Positions 1-8,727 are shown, numbered from the stretch's first letter. The stretch is DNA of 64,000 nt from Candidatus Micrarchaeia archaeon (GCA_041659465.1 JBAZYD010000009.1:4279-68278); one strand, 5' to 3'. Made by a program: numbers and translations. Notes: a model not told the origin generated them from the sequence alone.

Positions 1-713
1 AGCACCTTTGCCTTCAGGGGCATTTGAAGATGGCTGTCAAGTATGATGCGCAGCGGGTTCCTGCCGTTGCGCGCGCGGCATGTGAGGCGAGGGTTATCGG
101 CAAGCACTGTGCCGATGCCAACCAGTATACCATCGTAGCGGTTGCGCAGGCGCTGCGAGTATGAATCGAATGCTGAGCCGCTTATGCGCACATTCCTTTT
201 CCCGCGCACGCCGATTTTTCCGTCGCGCGTCTGCGCCATCTTGATGCACACGAACGGCATGCCAGTAGTGATGGACTTAAAGAATGCCTCGTTCTGCCGT
301 TCCGCCTCATCTGAAAACATGCCAACGTCAACCTTGATTCCCGCTGCCCTCAGCCAGGCAACCCCCCTTCCGCTTACCTTTGGGTTGCGGTCTTTTGCAG
401 CCACCACCACGCGCGAAACGCCTGCGCGGATTATCAAAGGCACGCAGGGCGGGGTCTTCTTCCCCCCGCCTGAATGCGAGCAGGGCTCAAGGGAAACGTA
501 AAGAGTGGCGCCTTTTGCGCGCGCACCTGCCCGCACAAGCGCATTAGCCTCGGCATGGGGGGAGCCGAATTTTTCATGATAGCCTTCGGAAATTATGCAC
601 CCATCCTTGACAAGCACCGCGCCCACAAGGGGGTTGGGGGACACTTTGCCCTCTCCTTTTTGGGCAAGAAGAAGGCAGCGCTGCATGAATTTTTCGTCTG
701 TGATCGGCATCAT
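1..713 (-). CDS. ribD: Bifunctional riboflavin biosynthesis protein RibD (pyrimidine deaminase/reductase), 3' end runs off the window
   Basis: Own translation of minus strand from ATG 713-711: MMPITDEKFMQRCLLLAQKGEGKVSPNPLVGAVLVKDGCIISEGYHEKFGSPHAEANAL..LEPCSHSGGGKKTPPC. This shows the HAE and PCx(9)PC zinc motifs of CDA-fold deaminases. The frame checked (positions ~421-713) is open. It is missing from the ORF track, presumably because there is no stop in the window. Confidence 0.85.
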   Translation of the reverse strand, partial: MMPITDEKFMQRCLLLAQKGEGKVSPNPLVGAVLVKDGCIISEGYHEKFGSPHAEANALVRAGARAKGATLYVSLEPCSHSGGGKKTPPCVPLIIRAGVSRVVVAAKDRNPKVSGRGVAWLRAAGIKVDVGMFSDEAERQNEAFFKSITTGMPFVCIKMAQTRDGKIGVRGKRNVRISGSAFDSYSQRLRNRYDGILVGIGTVLADNPRLTCRARNGRNPLRIILDSHLQMPLKAKV

Positions 714-718
714 ATCAA

Positions 719-1135
719 CTAGATTTCCAGCCTTGCCATGTAAAGCGCGGCGTCTATTGCGCGGCGCGCGTAATCCTTCACCCTTGCCTTTGCCGCACTT
801 TCCGTTGCGCCAGGCCCTATCACGCCCAAGCCCACGGGCTTTTCGTATTTCAGGGAAAGGGAGGAAAGGGACAGGCACACGGCGGGCATTATCGCCTCAT
901 CGTGCTTTGTGCCGCCCTTGATGACCGCGCCCACTGTCGCCACTGCATCGATGTCCCTGCGCGCAAGGAGCGCCGCAGCCGCAAACGGGATTTCATATGC
1001 GCCGGGCACTTCCACCACCTTCTGCACCTTTGCGCCCTTCATTTCCGCAAGCCTGATTGCCTCGCGCAGCATTGCCGAGGTTATCTTCAGGTTGAAGCGC
1101 GACATCACTATACCGAGTCTTATTTTCCCTGCCAA
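719..1135 (-). CDS. ribH: 6,7-dimethyl-8-ribityllumazine synthase
   Basis: 138-aa ORF. IRLGIVMSRFN..VEVPGAYEIPFAA..ATVGAVIKGGTKHDE is typical lumazine synthase. It sits in the rib operon, 6 nt upstream of the ribD start. Confidence 0.9.
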   Translation of the reverse strand: MAGKIRLGIVMSRFNLKITSAMLREAIRLAEMKGAKVQKVVEVPGAYEIPFAAAALLARRDIDAVATVGAVIKGGTKHDEAIMPAVCLSLSSLSLKYEKPVGLGVIGPGATESAAKARVKDYARRAIDAALYMARLEI

Positions 1136-1141
1136 AAAAAA

Positions 1142-1636
1142 TCACCTTTTTCGCGTCTTTATGGGCCCTGCATCCTGCCTTCCCTGCCGTATCCCCTTGC
1201 CCGCGAATTTGGAAAGCTCCTGCTGGGCCGATGCGAGAAGGAATGCGTTCATCGCGTGCTTGCGCGTGCGGTCTTCGAATATGGAACGGAGCTCGTTTTC
1301 GTCCTTGCCTTCCCATTCGTGGACGAACACTTCGATTATGTGCTTGCCCATTTTCATTTTCGCCATCTGTATGCCAATCGAGCCTTCGTGCCCGCACTGC
1401 GTGTCTATCTTCTCCTTCCCCACCATGCCAAGCGCAAGGTAGATGTCGCAATTCTCCTTCTTGTCAAGTATTACACATCCTGCTGCAAGGTCCTTCACGC
1501 CGGGCACTGTGCTGCGCACTATTTGCGCCTTTCCCGGGAAGCTGCGTGTTATCTCGTCGATTGCGAATGATGCCATGTCCACGCGCGCGAACATGGTATC
1601 CACAACTCCGATTTTGACAGCCTTTTGTTTTGCCAT
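1142..1636 (-). CDS. ribC: Archaeal-type riboflavin synthase
   Basis: KIGVVDTMFARVDMASFAI..VPGVKDLAAGC..LGMVGKEKIDTQCGHEGSIG..HIIEVFVHE matches the archaeal RibC family (M. jannaschii type). Start moved to ATG 1636 (MAKQKAVKIGVV). Confidence 0.88.
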   Translation of the reverse strand: MAKQKAVKIGVVDTMFARVDMASFAIDEITRSFPGKAQIVRSTVPGVKDLAAGCVILDKKENCDIYLALGMVGKEKIDTQCGHEGSIGIQMAKMKMGKHIIEVFVHEWEGKDENELRSIFEDRTRKHAMNAFLLASAQQELSKFAGKGIRQGRQDAGPIKTRKR

Positions 1637-1693
1637 GCCCGTCACCATGCCTTCCAAATCGGCGTTGTGTCCACGATGCCGATTTTGACCGTT

Positions 1694-2362
1694 TTATTTT
1701 CCTTTGCCATAATGCGCCTCAAGTACCTGCTTGCCCTCTATGAACGGGATTTTGTGCCGCCTTGCGTAGGATATCGCCTCCTGCTTGCTTGCGGCGCGCC
1801 CGGTGTCGGAAAGCATCTCGCAGAGCACCACTGCCTGCGTGCAGCCTGCCATCCTCGCAAGCTCGACCGAAAGCTCGGTGTGCCCGCGCCTTGCCTCAAG
1901 CCCCCTTGCGGCAAGCAGGAAGACGTGCCCGATTGCGCGGAAGCTTTTCGCAAACTCGCGCGCAGTGCCTCTGCTTTTCACAAGCTTCCCGAACTCGCGC
2001 ATGGTGAGCGCGCGGTCGTTGTCTGGTATTCCCGTGAATGTGCCAAGGTGGTTTATGGAGATGGTGAATGCCGGCATGTCGCCGTATTTCATGCGCGCCC
2101 TCCCCATCCTTGCAATTGTGGGGCTGCAGGACTTTGCAAGCATGTCGGTTGCGAACTCAAGCCCCAGCCTTTTCGCGGTCCCCTTGTCGGTGGCAAGGCA
2201 TATGAGCCCGCCCGCGTCCTTGCGGAGCGTGCGCACATGCGCAGGCGTGGCCTTTTCAGCCAGAAGCAGCAAGTCAGCCTCGTTCTCGCGGCCATCGCCG
2301 TCGTGCAGAAGCACGAATTTCCCTCCTTTCAGTGCCGACAGCGCATTTTGTAAAGTAGACAT
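1694..2362 (-). CDS. ribB: 3,4-dihydroxy-2-butanone 4-phosphate synthase
   Basis: MSTLQNALSALKGGKFVLLHDGDGRENEADLLLLAEKATPAHVRTLRKDAGGLICLA is a canonical RibB N-terminus. The ORF-track start at 2503 would add a 47-aa R/P/A-rich extension and is judged non-coding. Confidence 0.85.
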   Translation of the reverse strand: MSTLQNALSALKGGKFVLLHDGDGRENEADLLLLAEKATPAHVRTLRKDAGGLICLATDKGTAKRLGLEFATDMLAKSCSPTIARMGRARMKYGDMPAFTISINHLGTFTGIPDNDRALTMREFGKLVKSRGTAREFAKSFRAIGHVFLLAARGLEARRGHTELSVELARMAGCTQAVVLCEMLSDTGRAASKQEAISYARRHKIPFIEGKQVLEAHYGKGK

Positions 2363-2499
2363 AGGGGTAGGATGCCTGCGAAGCATTAAAACCCTTGCAA
2401 CCCAAAAAAAAGGAATTGTAGCACGTGGGACTACCCGTGCTTTTGCTTTTGGTTTACCGTTTTGAAAAAATTCTGGCGCCCTTGCTGGTGCGCGCCTGT

Positions 2500-3114
2500 T
2501 CATCTTTTTGAAAACAGGTGGCGCATCTTCGCCTTTTTCACGTCCAAGTAGCCGGAGTTGTATTTTGTCCTGCCAATCTGGAGCGGGATGCGCCTGGAAA
2601 CCAGTATGTTGTTTGACGCGAGCGCCTCCATCTTGTCAGGGTTGTTCGTGATGAGCGCCACGGATTTTATCCCGAGCGCGCGCACCATTTCCGCGGCGGA
2701 AGTGTAGTCGCGCATGTCGGATGGGAAGCCCAGCGCGTTGTTCGCCTGCACGGTGTCCATCCCCCTATCCTGCAGCGCGTACGCGCGCACCTTGTTGGTG
2801 AGGCCTATGCCCCTGCCTTCCTGGCGCAGGTAAAGGACCGCGCCGCGCGGCATCCTGCTTATTTTCCGAAGCGCGGCATCCAGCTGCGCATGGCAGTCGC
2901 AGCGGAGCGAATGGAAAACGTCGCCCGTGAGGCATTCGGAGTGCATGCGCAAGGGGACGCCCTTCCTGCCCCTCACGTTCCCTTTCACCACCGCGACATG
3001 CTCCTTGCCGTCGGAACTGTTGCGGAATGCTATAAGCCGAAAGTGCCCGTAGCGCGTCGGGAATTTTGCCTCCGCTGCGATTCTTGCCTTCCTTTCCTTT
3101 ATTGCCCCTGCCAT
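2500..3114 (-). CDS. ribA: GTP cyclohydrolase II
   Basis: FPTRYGHFRLIAF..PLRMHSECLTGDVFHSLRCDCHAQL..LYLRQEGRGIGLTNKVRAY.LQD.G.DTV.AN is the GCH II signature. Confidence 0.9.
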   Translation of the reverse strand: MAGAIKERKARIAAEAKFPTRYGHFRLIAFRNSSDGKEHVAVVKGNVRGRKGVPLRMHSECLTGDVFHSLRCDCHAQLDAALRKISRMPRGAVLYLRQEGRGIGLTNKVRAYALQDRGMDTVQANNALGFPSDMRDYTSAAEMVRALGIKSVALITNNPDKMEALASNNILVSRRIPLQIGRTKYNSGYLDVKKAKMRHLFSKR

Positions 3115-3235
3115 CCATGCACCTTATGGAAAGTGTGGGGAGTGACTGGATATAAGCTTTACTACCCGCGCGCACCGGCCGGAAATCCCGCTTGCAAGCA
3201 TACAATCTTAAAATTCCTGCTGCGTAGTTGGTACC

Positions 3236-3535
3236 ATGGATCCGATGAAGCGCCTGCTGTATTGGCTACTGGAGGGGACCAAGGGCGGCCCCACGCGCGT
3301 GCTTTTGCTCTCGCTCCTCTCGAAGAAGCCGATGAACATGCGCCAGCTCGCGCTTTCAGCGAAGCTGGACTACAAGACAGTGGAGCACCATGTGGAGCTC
3401 CTGCTGAAAAACTCGGTGCTGGAGCACAGCGGCAACGGGTATGGGCAGGTTTATTTCATTTCGGACATCGCATTGGCGCAATCCGAGCTGGGGAAACTGA
3501 TAAAGGGTGGTAGGAATGGCAAAAAGCAAAATTGA
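3236..3535 (+). CDS. Small winged-helix (ArsR/PadR-like) transcriptional regulator
   Basis: 99 aa. PTRVLLLSLLSKKPMNMRQLALSAKLDYKTVEHHVELLLKNSVLE is a wHTH pattern. It overlaps the downstream membrane-protein gene. Confidence 0.7.
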   Translation: MDPMKRLLYWLLEGTKGGPTRVLLLSLLSKKPMNMRQLALSAKLDYKTVEHHVELLLKNSVLEHSGNGYGQVYFISDIALAQSELGKLIKGGRNGKKQN

Positions 3536-4025
3536 CAGGCAAGGCAAAAGCGTGAAAAGCGAGAAGAAAAGCGCAAACGGCAGCAGCTTGCGCGCCATCC
3601 TTTACACTGCAGGGCTCATAGCGGCAGCGCTTGCAATCATAGTGGCATCCTCCTGGCTCATACCGAGCTTCGGCCCGGGCCCGCGCGGCGGCATGATGGG
3701 GGGAGGGTTTGGCGCGCCTCCGCCGGAGGATATAGGGAACGCGATTGAGAACTCATTCGCGCTGCGTTTTGTGCTTTCCATATTCAACGTGATAATCGTC
3801 ATCTACCTGCTTTACATCCACATCAAGGATTACCTGCGCCTGAAATCAACTTTCACGCTCGGGCTGATTGCATTCCTCGCTTCCTTCCTGATGTATGCAA
3901 TTTCCACGGTGCCGGCGCTGCACCTGCTGCTCGGAGCATACGGGAGGGCTGCGATGATTTCGTTCGTGCCCATGATGTTCTCGGCGATTGGCCTGCTCAT
4001 ATTCGCGAAGTTGAGCAACGAGTAA
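3516..4025 (+). CDS. Membrane protein (hypothetical), coupled to the wHTH gene
   Basis: ATG at 3516 (MAKSKIDRQ..). Several hydrophobic spans (LIAAALAIIVASSWLIP, VLSIFNVIIVIYLLYI, LIAFLASFLMYAI, FSAIGLLIFA). Overlaps the end of the 3236-3535 gene. Confidence 0.6.
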   Translation: MAKSKIDRQGKSVKSEKKSANGSSLRAILYTAGLIAAALAIIVASSWLIPSFGPGPRGGMMGGGFGAPPPEDIGNAIENSFALRFVLSIFNVIIVIYLLYIHIKDYLRLKSTFTLGLIAFLASFLMYAISTVPALHLLLGAYGRAAMISFVPMMFSAIGLLIFAKLSNE

Positions 4026-4092
4026 AGCCAGCAATGCCTGCGCAGGCATGCACGCATATGGGCTTACGCCGCAGGCTTTGCAAATGACATGC

Positions 4093-4131
4093 ATTGCCCA
4101 AATCAGGCGTAATTTGGGCAGAAGTTGGGCA
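4093..4131. promoter_or_regulatory. Candidate operator: TGCCCAAAT / ATTTGGGCA / TTGGGCA half-sites upstream of a TATA-like box (4149-4156)
   Basis: attgcccaaatcaggcgtaatttgggcagaagttgggca. The 26-mer 4106-4131 recurs at 4839-4864 with one mismatch. Confidence 0.5.
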
Positions 4132-4185
4132 CCATTCCGGGAAAACCACTTATAAGAAGCCAGCGCAGACTCTAGCGGTGATAGC

Positions 4186-4671
4186 ATGGACCAAAGGATA
4201 CTTGCTGTAATATTGGGCGTGGCAGCGCTTGCGCTCGCAGGCCTTGCGTTCGCAGCAGGCGGGCAGGGCATGGCGAGCGGCTGGCAAGGCAGTGAAAACG
4301 CAACTGGCTGCGGCATGATGCGCGGCGGAGCGGGAAACGGGACTTTTGCGCAGGCAGGCGCGCCCCGCTTCAACTCCACGGAACATGAGGCGTTTGAAGC
4401 GGCTGTTGAGTCAGGCGACTTTGCAGCTGCAACAAAGCTGCACGAGGAATACGGCTTTGGCGGCCCCATGTTCGAAAAGCTCAATGCCACCACGTTCGCA
4501 AAATTCTCCCAGGTGCACAGGCTGCAGTCTGAGCTTCAGGGCGAGCTTGGCCTGAACGCAACCAGCATGAGGCAAGGCATGGGGGGCGGACGCGGCATGA
4601 TGGAGCCTGAATTTGCCAAAGGCATGCGGCACGGATTCAGGCAGGGCATCACCCAAACAAGGCAGCAGTAA
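4186..4671 (+). CDS. Secreted/anchored hypothetical protein (Gly/Met-rich)
   Basis: 161 aa. N-terminal hydrophobic signal (ILAVILGVAALALAGLAFAAG). GGTGAT RBS at 4178-4183. Confidence 0.6.
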   Translation: MDQRILAVILGVAALALAGLAFAAGGQGMASGWQGSENATGCGMMRGGAGNGTFAQAGAPRFNSTEHEAFEAAVESGDFAAATKLHEEYGFGGPMFEKLNATTFAKFSQVHRLQSELQGELGLNATSMRQGMGGGRGMMEPEFAKGMRHGFRQGITQTRQQ

Positions 4672-4685
4672 CATCCCAACATGGA

Positions 4686-4725
4686 GGCTGGCACACGCAT
4701 GCCAGCCTTCTATTTTTTCTTTTTG
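4686..4725 (+). terminator. Hairpin plus T-rich tract
   Basis: GGCTGGCA-cacgca-TGCCAGCC followed by ttctattttttcttttt, directly after the 4671 stop. Confidence 0.55.
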
Positions 4726-4825
4726 CGGGAAGCGCGCGGGGCGGTTTTATGGAAAAATTGGCTGAAATAATCCTCATACTCCTGCTGGCCTTGGCAGTCG
4801 CAGGCATGATAATGATTGCAGGCTG

Positions 4826-4864
4826 ATTGCCAAAGCACGGCGTAATTTGGGCAGAATTTGGGCA
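4826..4864. promoter_or_regulatory. Second copy of the TTGGGCA operator block, upstream of the ABC operon TATA (4881-4887)
   Basis: attgccaaagcacggcgtaatttgggcagaatttgggca. 25/26 identical to 4106-4131 over the core. Confidence 0.5.
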
Positions 4865-4903
4865 TAACGCTGGGAATTGAATATAAAGGATGGCAGGGTG
4901 ACT

Positions 4904-5632
4904 ATGAATATGGGGGGCAAGATAGGAGAGTCGGTGCTGAGGCTGGACAACGTTTCCAAGCTTTACGATGGCGCCACGCCATTCCTTGCCTTGGACGGCA
5001 TCAGCCTGGACATAGCAAGGGGCGAGCTTGTCTCCATAATCGGCCCGTCAGGCAGCGGAAAGTCCACGCTCCTGCATTTGCTTGGCTGCCTAGACAAGCC
5101 CACGCGCGGCGAGATTTTCCTCGATGGCAGGCCGATTTCAGGTATGGGCAACGACGAGATTGCGGACGCGAGGCGGGACACCATCGGCTTTGTGTTCCAG
5201 GCGTTCAACCTTGCGCCCACGCTTACCGTTTTCAAGAACGTGGAGCTGCCGCTCATGATAAAGGGCATGCACAAGGCGGAAAGGGCAAAAATCGTGGAGA
5301 GGAACCTGAAGGCAGTGGGGCTGACGGACAAAAAAGACAGCCTGCCGTCGCAGCTGTCAGGGGGGCAGAAGCAGCGGGTGGCAATCGCCCGGGCGCTTGC
5401 CAACAGCCCCAAGATCATACTTGCCGACGAGCCCACTGGCAACCTGGATTCGCACTCCAGCGAGGAGATAATCGGCAACGTGGTGCGGCTCTGCCGCGAG
5501 GACGGCATAACTGTCATCATTGTCACGCACGACCCAAAGATTGCAGGGAGGACGGACAGGATGATTCGGATAATGGACGGGAAAGTGGAAAGCGACATCG
5601 CCAACAAGGCGTCGCGGAGGAGAGGGGAATGA
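4904..5632 (+). CDS. ABC transporter ATP-binding protein (MacB/LolD-like)
   Basis: Walker A GPSGSGKST, signature LSGGQKQRVAIARAL, Walker B ILADEPTGNLD. ATG 4904 preferred over the TTG start at 4877. Confidence 0.9.
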   Translation: MNMGGKIGESVLRLDNVSKLYDGATPFLALDGISLDIARGELVSIIGPSGSGKSTLLHLLGCLDKPTRGEIFLDGRPISGMGNDEIADARRDTIGFVFQAFNLAPTLTVFKNVELPLMIKGMHKAERAKIVERNLKAVGLTDKKDSLPSQLSGGQKQRVAIARALANSPKIILADEPTGNLDSHSSEEIIGNVVRLCREDGITVIIVTHDPKIAGRTDRMIRIMDGKVESDIANKASRRRGE

Positions 5633-5633
5633 C

Positions 5634-5658
5634 AAAATTTCCAGAGAAATTTTTCAGC
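5634..5658. repeat. 25-nt palindrome-containing repeat (AAAATTTC-CAGA-GAAATTTT)
   Basis: aaaatttccagagaaatttttcagc is identical to 51359-51383. It lies in the short gap between the ABC ATPase gene and the next gene. Confidence 0.7.
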
Positions 5659-5679
5659 AGTGGAGCGGGCTCCACTCCG

Positions 5680-7344
5680 ATGATAAATACGAAGTTTGCT
5701 GTTTTTGCGTTTGCTGCGGCGCTGCTGCTTTGCGGGGCTGCGTTTGCGGACCCGATACTGCAGATTACCAACTACACAACGCTGCCAACGGACGTCTATC
5801 CCGGCACTATCGGCTACCTGCAGATAAAGCTTGCCAACACGGGAGATGCCACTGCGCAGTCTGTCACATCGCACTATGTGATAAACGGGCTGGACAGGAC
5901 GGATTCGCTTGGCGAGATAAGCGCAGGCTCCAACGCCCAGGTGGCGGTGCCTTTCAAGATAAGCCCAAGCTCGGTGGGAAGCATACAGCTTGTCAACATA
6001 GACATATTCTACTCGATGCAATCGACCACCACAGGCAGCTCCAGCTCGAAAAGGACCTCGCTTTCAGTGCCGCTTCTGGTCAAGCAGTTCAAGCCGCTCG
6101 AGGCGAAGGTGGTCGAGATGAAAGGCCTCTCGATTGCCCCTGGCGAGAAGCTGCCGCTCATGCTCACCGTGAAGAACACGGGCGGAGTGGTGAACAACCT
6201 GGTGATAAGCATGCCGGACAATTCCAGCTTTTCCATAGACGGGGGTGCTGAAAAAAGCGTGGGCACGCTTTTGCTCAACGAGTCGGTGAATGTCTCACTC
6301 ACGCTTGCCTCGTCGTCGGACACCAAGACCGGCACTTACCCTGTGGGCGTGGAGTTCACCTACCAGGATGCCCTGAACCAGCCCACATCCGACATCATTT
6401 ATATCGGGCCGGTAAGCGTGCTGGAATCCTCCACGCAGTACAGGCTGACGTTTGTCCCCCTGGATGCGCCTGTCGAGATTGGCTCGCAGGAGCCATTCCT
6501 GCTCACGCTTGAGAATGCAGGCGGCTCGCCAATCTCAGGCGCCATAGACATCAACAGCACCGCCGTGTTCACGCCAATCGGCGCGCAGAGGCTTTACTTC
6601 GAGAATGTGCCGGTAGGCGGCAGCGCGAGCATGAACATCATTATAGGCATTGGCGCCACGCAAAGCGCAGGCTACTACACCCTCCCTGTCAGGCTCACGC
6701 CAAATGCCGGGCAGGCGGTCTCGTACAACATGGGGATAGCGGTGGCGGCCACGCCCGAAGTGACAGTGACTTTGGATTCGTCAGGCGCCGTGCCGTCGGT
6801 GCAGGTGGCAAACACGGGCAACTCGCAGATTCGGAGCGTGTATGCATCTGCAACTCCCGCAGGCTCGCAGACGGCAACCGAGAGCTTCATGGGCACGCTG
6901 AACGTGGATGATTTTGCCACCCTGACGCTAGGCTCAAGCGCAACAGGCAGGAGCGTGGATGTGGAGATACGCTTCAGGGACACTTCCAACCAGGAGCACA
7001 CGATATCAAAGACACTGAGTGCAGTTGCAGGCAATTCGTCCTTCGTGCAGGGCACGAGGGGCCAGGCAGGCGGAGCGGCAGCTGCAGGCAATGCAGGCAA
7101 CTTCGCAAACCGGAACAACAACCCATTGGGCTTCCTGTTCGGGGGAGCAAGCGGCAGGGCGGCATCAAGCGGCCCGGATATGGTGACAATCGTGGTGGTT
7201 GCGGCGGTGCTGCTCGTTGCGGCATACCTTATCTACCGCAGGTTCTTCGCAAAGAAAGGCGCGCCCAAGCAAAGCCCGCTTGAAATATTGGAAAGCCTGA
7301 GGCCGTCATCCGAGGCAGGGAAAAAAAAGGAGGCGCACAAGTAG
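5680..7344 (+). CDS. Secreted cell-surface protein with repeated beta-sandwich (CARDB/S-layer-like) domains and a C-terminal TM anchor
   Basis: Signal-like N-terminus MINTKFAVFAFAAALLLCGAAFA. Repeated motifs such as LTVKNTGG / LTLENAGG / VANTGNS. C-terminal TM VTIVVVAAVLLVAAYLIY. Such proteins commonly sit between the ABC ATPase and permease genes in archaea. Confidence 0.7.
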   Translation: MINTKFAVFAFAAALLLCGAAFADPILQITNYTTLPTDVYPGTIGYLQIKLANTGDATAQSVTSHYVINGLDRTDSLGEISAGSNAQVAVPFKISPSSVGSIQLVNIDIFYSMQSTTTGSSSSKRTSLSVPLLVKQFKPLEAKVVEMKGLSIAPGEKLPLMLTVKNTGGVVNNLVISMPDNSSFSIDGGAEKSVGTLLLNESVNVSLTLASSSDTKTGTYPVGVEFTYQDALNQPTSDIIYIGPVSVLESSTQYRLTFVPLDAPVEIGSQEPFLLTLENAGGSPISGAIDINSTAVFTPIGAQRLYFENVPVGGSASMNIIIGIGATQSAGYYTLPVRLTPNAGQAVSYNMGIAVAATPEVTVTLDSSGAVPSVQVANTGNSQIRSVYASATPAGSQTATESFMGTLNVDDFATLTLGSSATGRSVDVEIRFRDTSNQEHTISKTLSAVAGNSSFVQGTRGQAGGAAAAGNAGNFANRNNNPLGFLFGGASGRAASSGPDMVTIVVVAAVLLVAAYLIYRRFFAKKGAPKQSPLEILESLRPSSEAGKKKEAHK

Positions 7345-7416
7345 CAAACCGCGGTGACACCGTATGAATGATTTTGAGCGTGGCGCGGCACCGTGCGCCA
7401 GGAAAGGGGCAGCGTT

Positions 7417-8634
7417 ATGAACGATTTGGAGCTTGCGGAACTCGCCATGAATTCGCTGCGCTACCGCAGCCTGCGAAGCTGGCTTGCAGTGCTTGGGATA
7501 GTGATAGGCGTAGCCTCGATAATTTCGCTCATCTCCATATCCCAGGGGCTGAATGCGAACATACAGGGCAGCATCAGCGGGCTGGGCGCGAACATCATGA
7601 CCATAACGCCTGGCGCCCCAAGGGCTGACCGCGTGGGGTTTGGCGGGCCTGCGCAGGATTTCGGCAGGGCGGCTACCGACGTGAAAATCACGTTTGCAGA
7701 GGCAGACGCGCTGCGCAACGTTGAGGGGGTGGCAAAAGTAGATGCGCGCGTGTCCGGCAATGCGCACGTGAGCTACAAGATACGGAACACCTCGATTTCG
7801 GTGATTGGCACTGACCCGTCCGCCTTCCCTCAAAGCACAGGCACCAACCTGTCCATCGGAAGGCAGCTTGGCATCAGCGACACCTCTTCCGTGGTGCTGG
7901 GCTACTCGGTTGCCACGCAGACTTTCAATGACAGCAACATGATAAACAAGCAGATAAAGATAAACGGCCAGCCGTTCCGCGTGGTGGGAGTGCTGAACAC
8001 GTCGGGAACATCGTTCGGCGGCCCTGACAGGAGCATCTTCATAACGCAGAGGGCGGCAAAGGACATGTTCAACCAGACGGACAGGGCGAGCTCGGTGGTG
8101 GTGATTGCAGCGGATGGCTACAACCCTGACATCGTGGCCGCGAGCGTGACGGCCAAGCTGCTTGCGCTTCACAGGCTGAGCGTGGACAAGCAGGATTTCA
8201 CCGTGACCACCGCGTCCTCAACGCAGTCCGCGATAACTTCAATCACGAACACGCTGGGGCTGTTCCTCGGAGGCATTGCGTCCATTTCGCTCATTGTGGG
8301 AGGCATTGGCGTGGCAAATGCCATGTTCACGTCCGTGCTTGAGCAGACGCGCTACATAGGCATCCTCAAGGCGCTGGGCGCAAGGAATGGCGCCATACTC
8401 AAGCTTTTCCTTTACGAGGCGTGCATGGTGGGCCTCGTGGGCGGGACACTGGGAATCGCGCTTTCGTTCGTCGCCTCGTTCGTGCTTGCCTCCTTTGGCC
8501 TGCCTTCCAAAATCACGCCTGACTTGCTGCTGCTTGGCATGGGCTTTTCAGTGATAGTGGGCGCGGTTGCAGGCCTCATCCCAGCGCGCAATGCGTCTTC
8601 GGTTGCGCCAGTGGAAGCGCTGCGCTATGAGTAG
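7417..8634 (+). CDS. ABC transporter permease, MacB/FtsX family
   Basis: LRSWLAVLGIVIGVASII, a large extracytoplasmic domain, and C-terminal FtsX-type TM helices (RYIGILKALGARN, LIPARNASSVAPVEALRYE). Confidence 0.88.
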   Translation: MNDLELAELAMNSLRYRSLRSWLAVLGIVIGVASIISLISISQGLNANIQGSISGLGANIMTITPGAPRADRVGFGGPAQDFGRAATDVKITFAEADALRNVEGVAKVDARVSGNAHVSYKIRNTSISVIGTDPSAFPQSTGTNLSIGRQLGISDTSSVVLGYSVATQTFNDSNMINKQIKINGQPFRVVGVLNTSGTSFGGPDRSIFITQRAAKDMFNQTDRASSVVVIAADGYNPDIVAASVTAKLLALHRLSVDKQDFTVTTASSTQSAITSITNTLGLFLGGIASISLIVGGIGVANAMFTSVLEQTRYIGILKALGARNGAILKLFLYEACMVGLVGGTLGIALSFVASFVLASFGLPSKITPDLLLLGMGFSVIVGAVAGLIPARNASSVAPVEALRYE

Positions 8635-8727
8635 ATGCTTTTCTTTTCTTCAGGCAGGCACAGCATTTGCGCGCACAGAAGATAACTCCGCCCTAAAGTT
8701 TGCACGGAATCAAAGCAGCCATTGCAG

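Noticed and set aside
2363-2499. Possible FMN (RFN) riboswitch in the ribA-ribB spacer.
   Set aside because: Only vague resemblance (AGGGCGCCAGAA..ACGGTAAA). The conserved RFN core segments and six-helix architecture could not be found by eye. Only the hairpin plus T8 was kept as an attenuator candidate.
4749-4826. 25-aa hydrophobic mini-ORF (MEKLAEIILILLLALAVAGMIMIAG) between the secreted-protein gene and the ABC operon. Also a 50-aa Arg-rich ORF at 21696-21848 with a GAGGTGG RBS.
   Set aside because: Both are too short to support without expression or conservation data. The first overlaps the operator/promoter region.
4963-6021. 352-aa minus-strand ORF opposite the ABC ATPase and surface-protein genes. 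The same applies to 7306-8172(-), 8728-9918 upstream part, 13755-14573(+) and 15253-15885(+).
   Set aside because: These are antisense to genes with unmistakable family motifs. The products are R/P/A/G-rich low-complexity sequence typical of open antisense frames in G+C-rich DNA. They have no RBS or promoter context.
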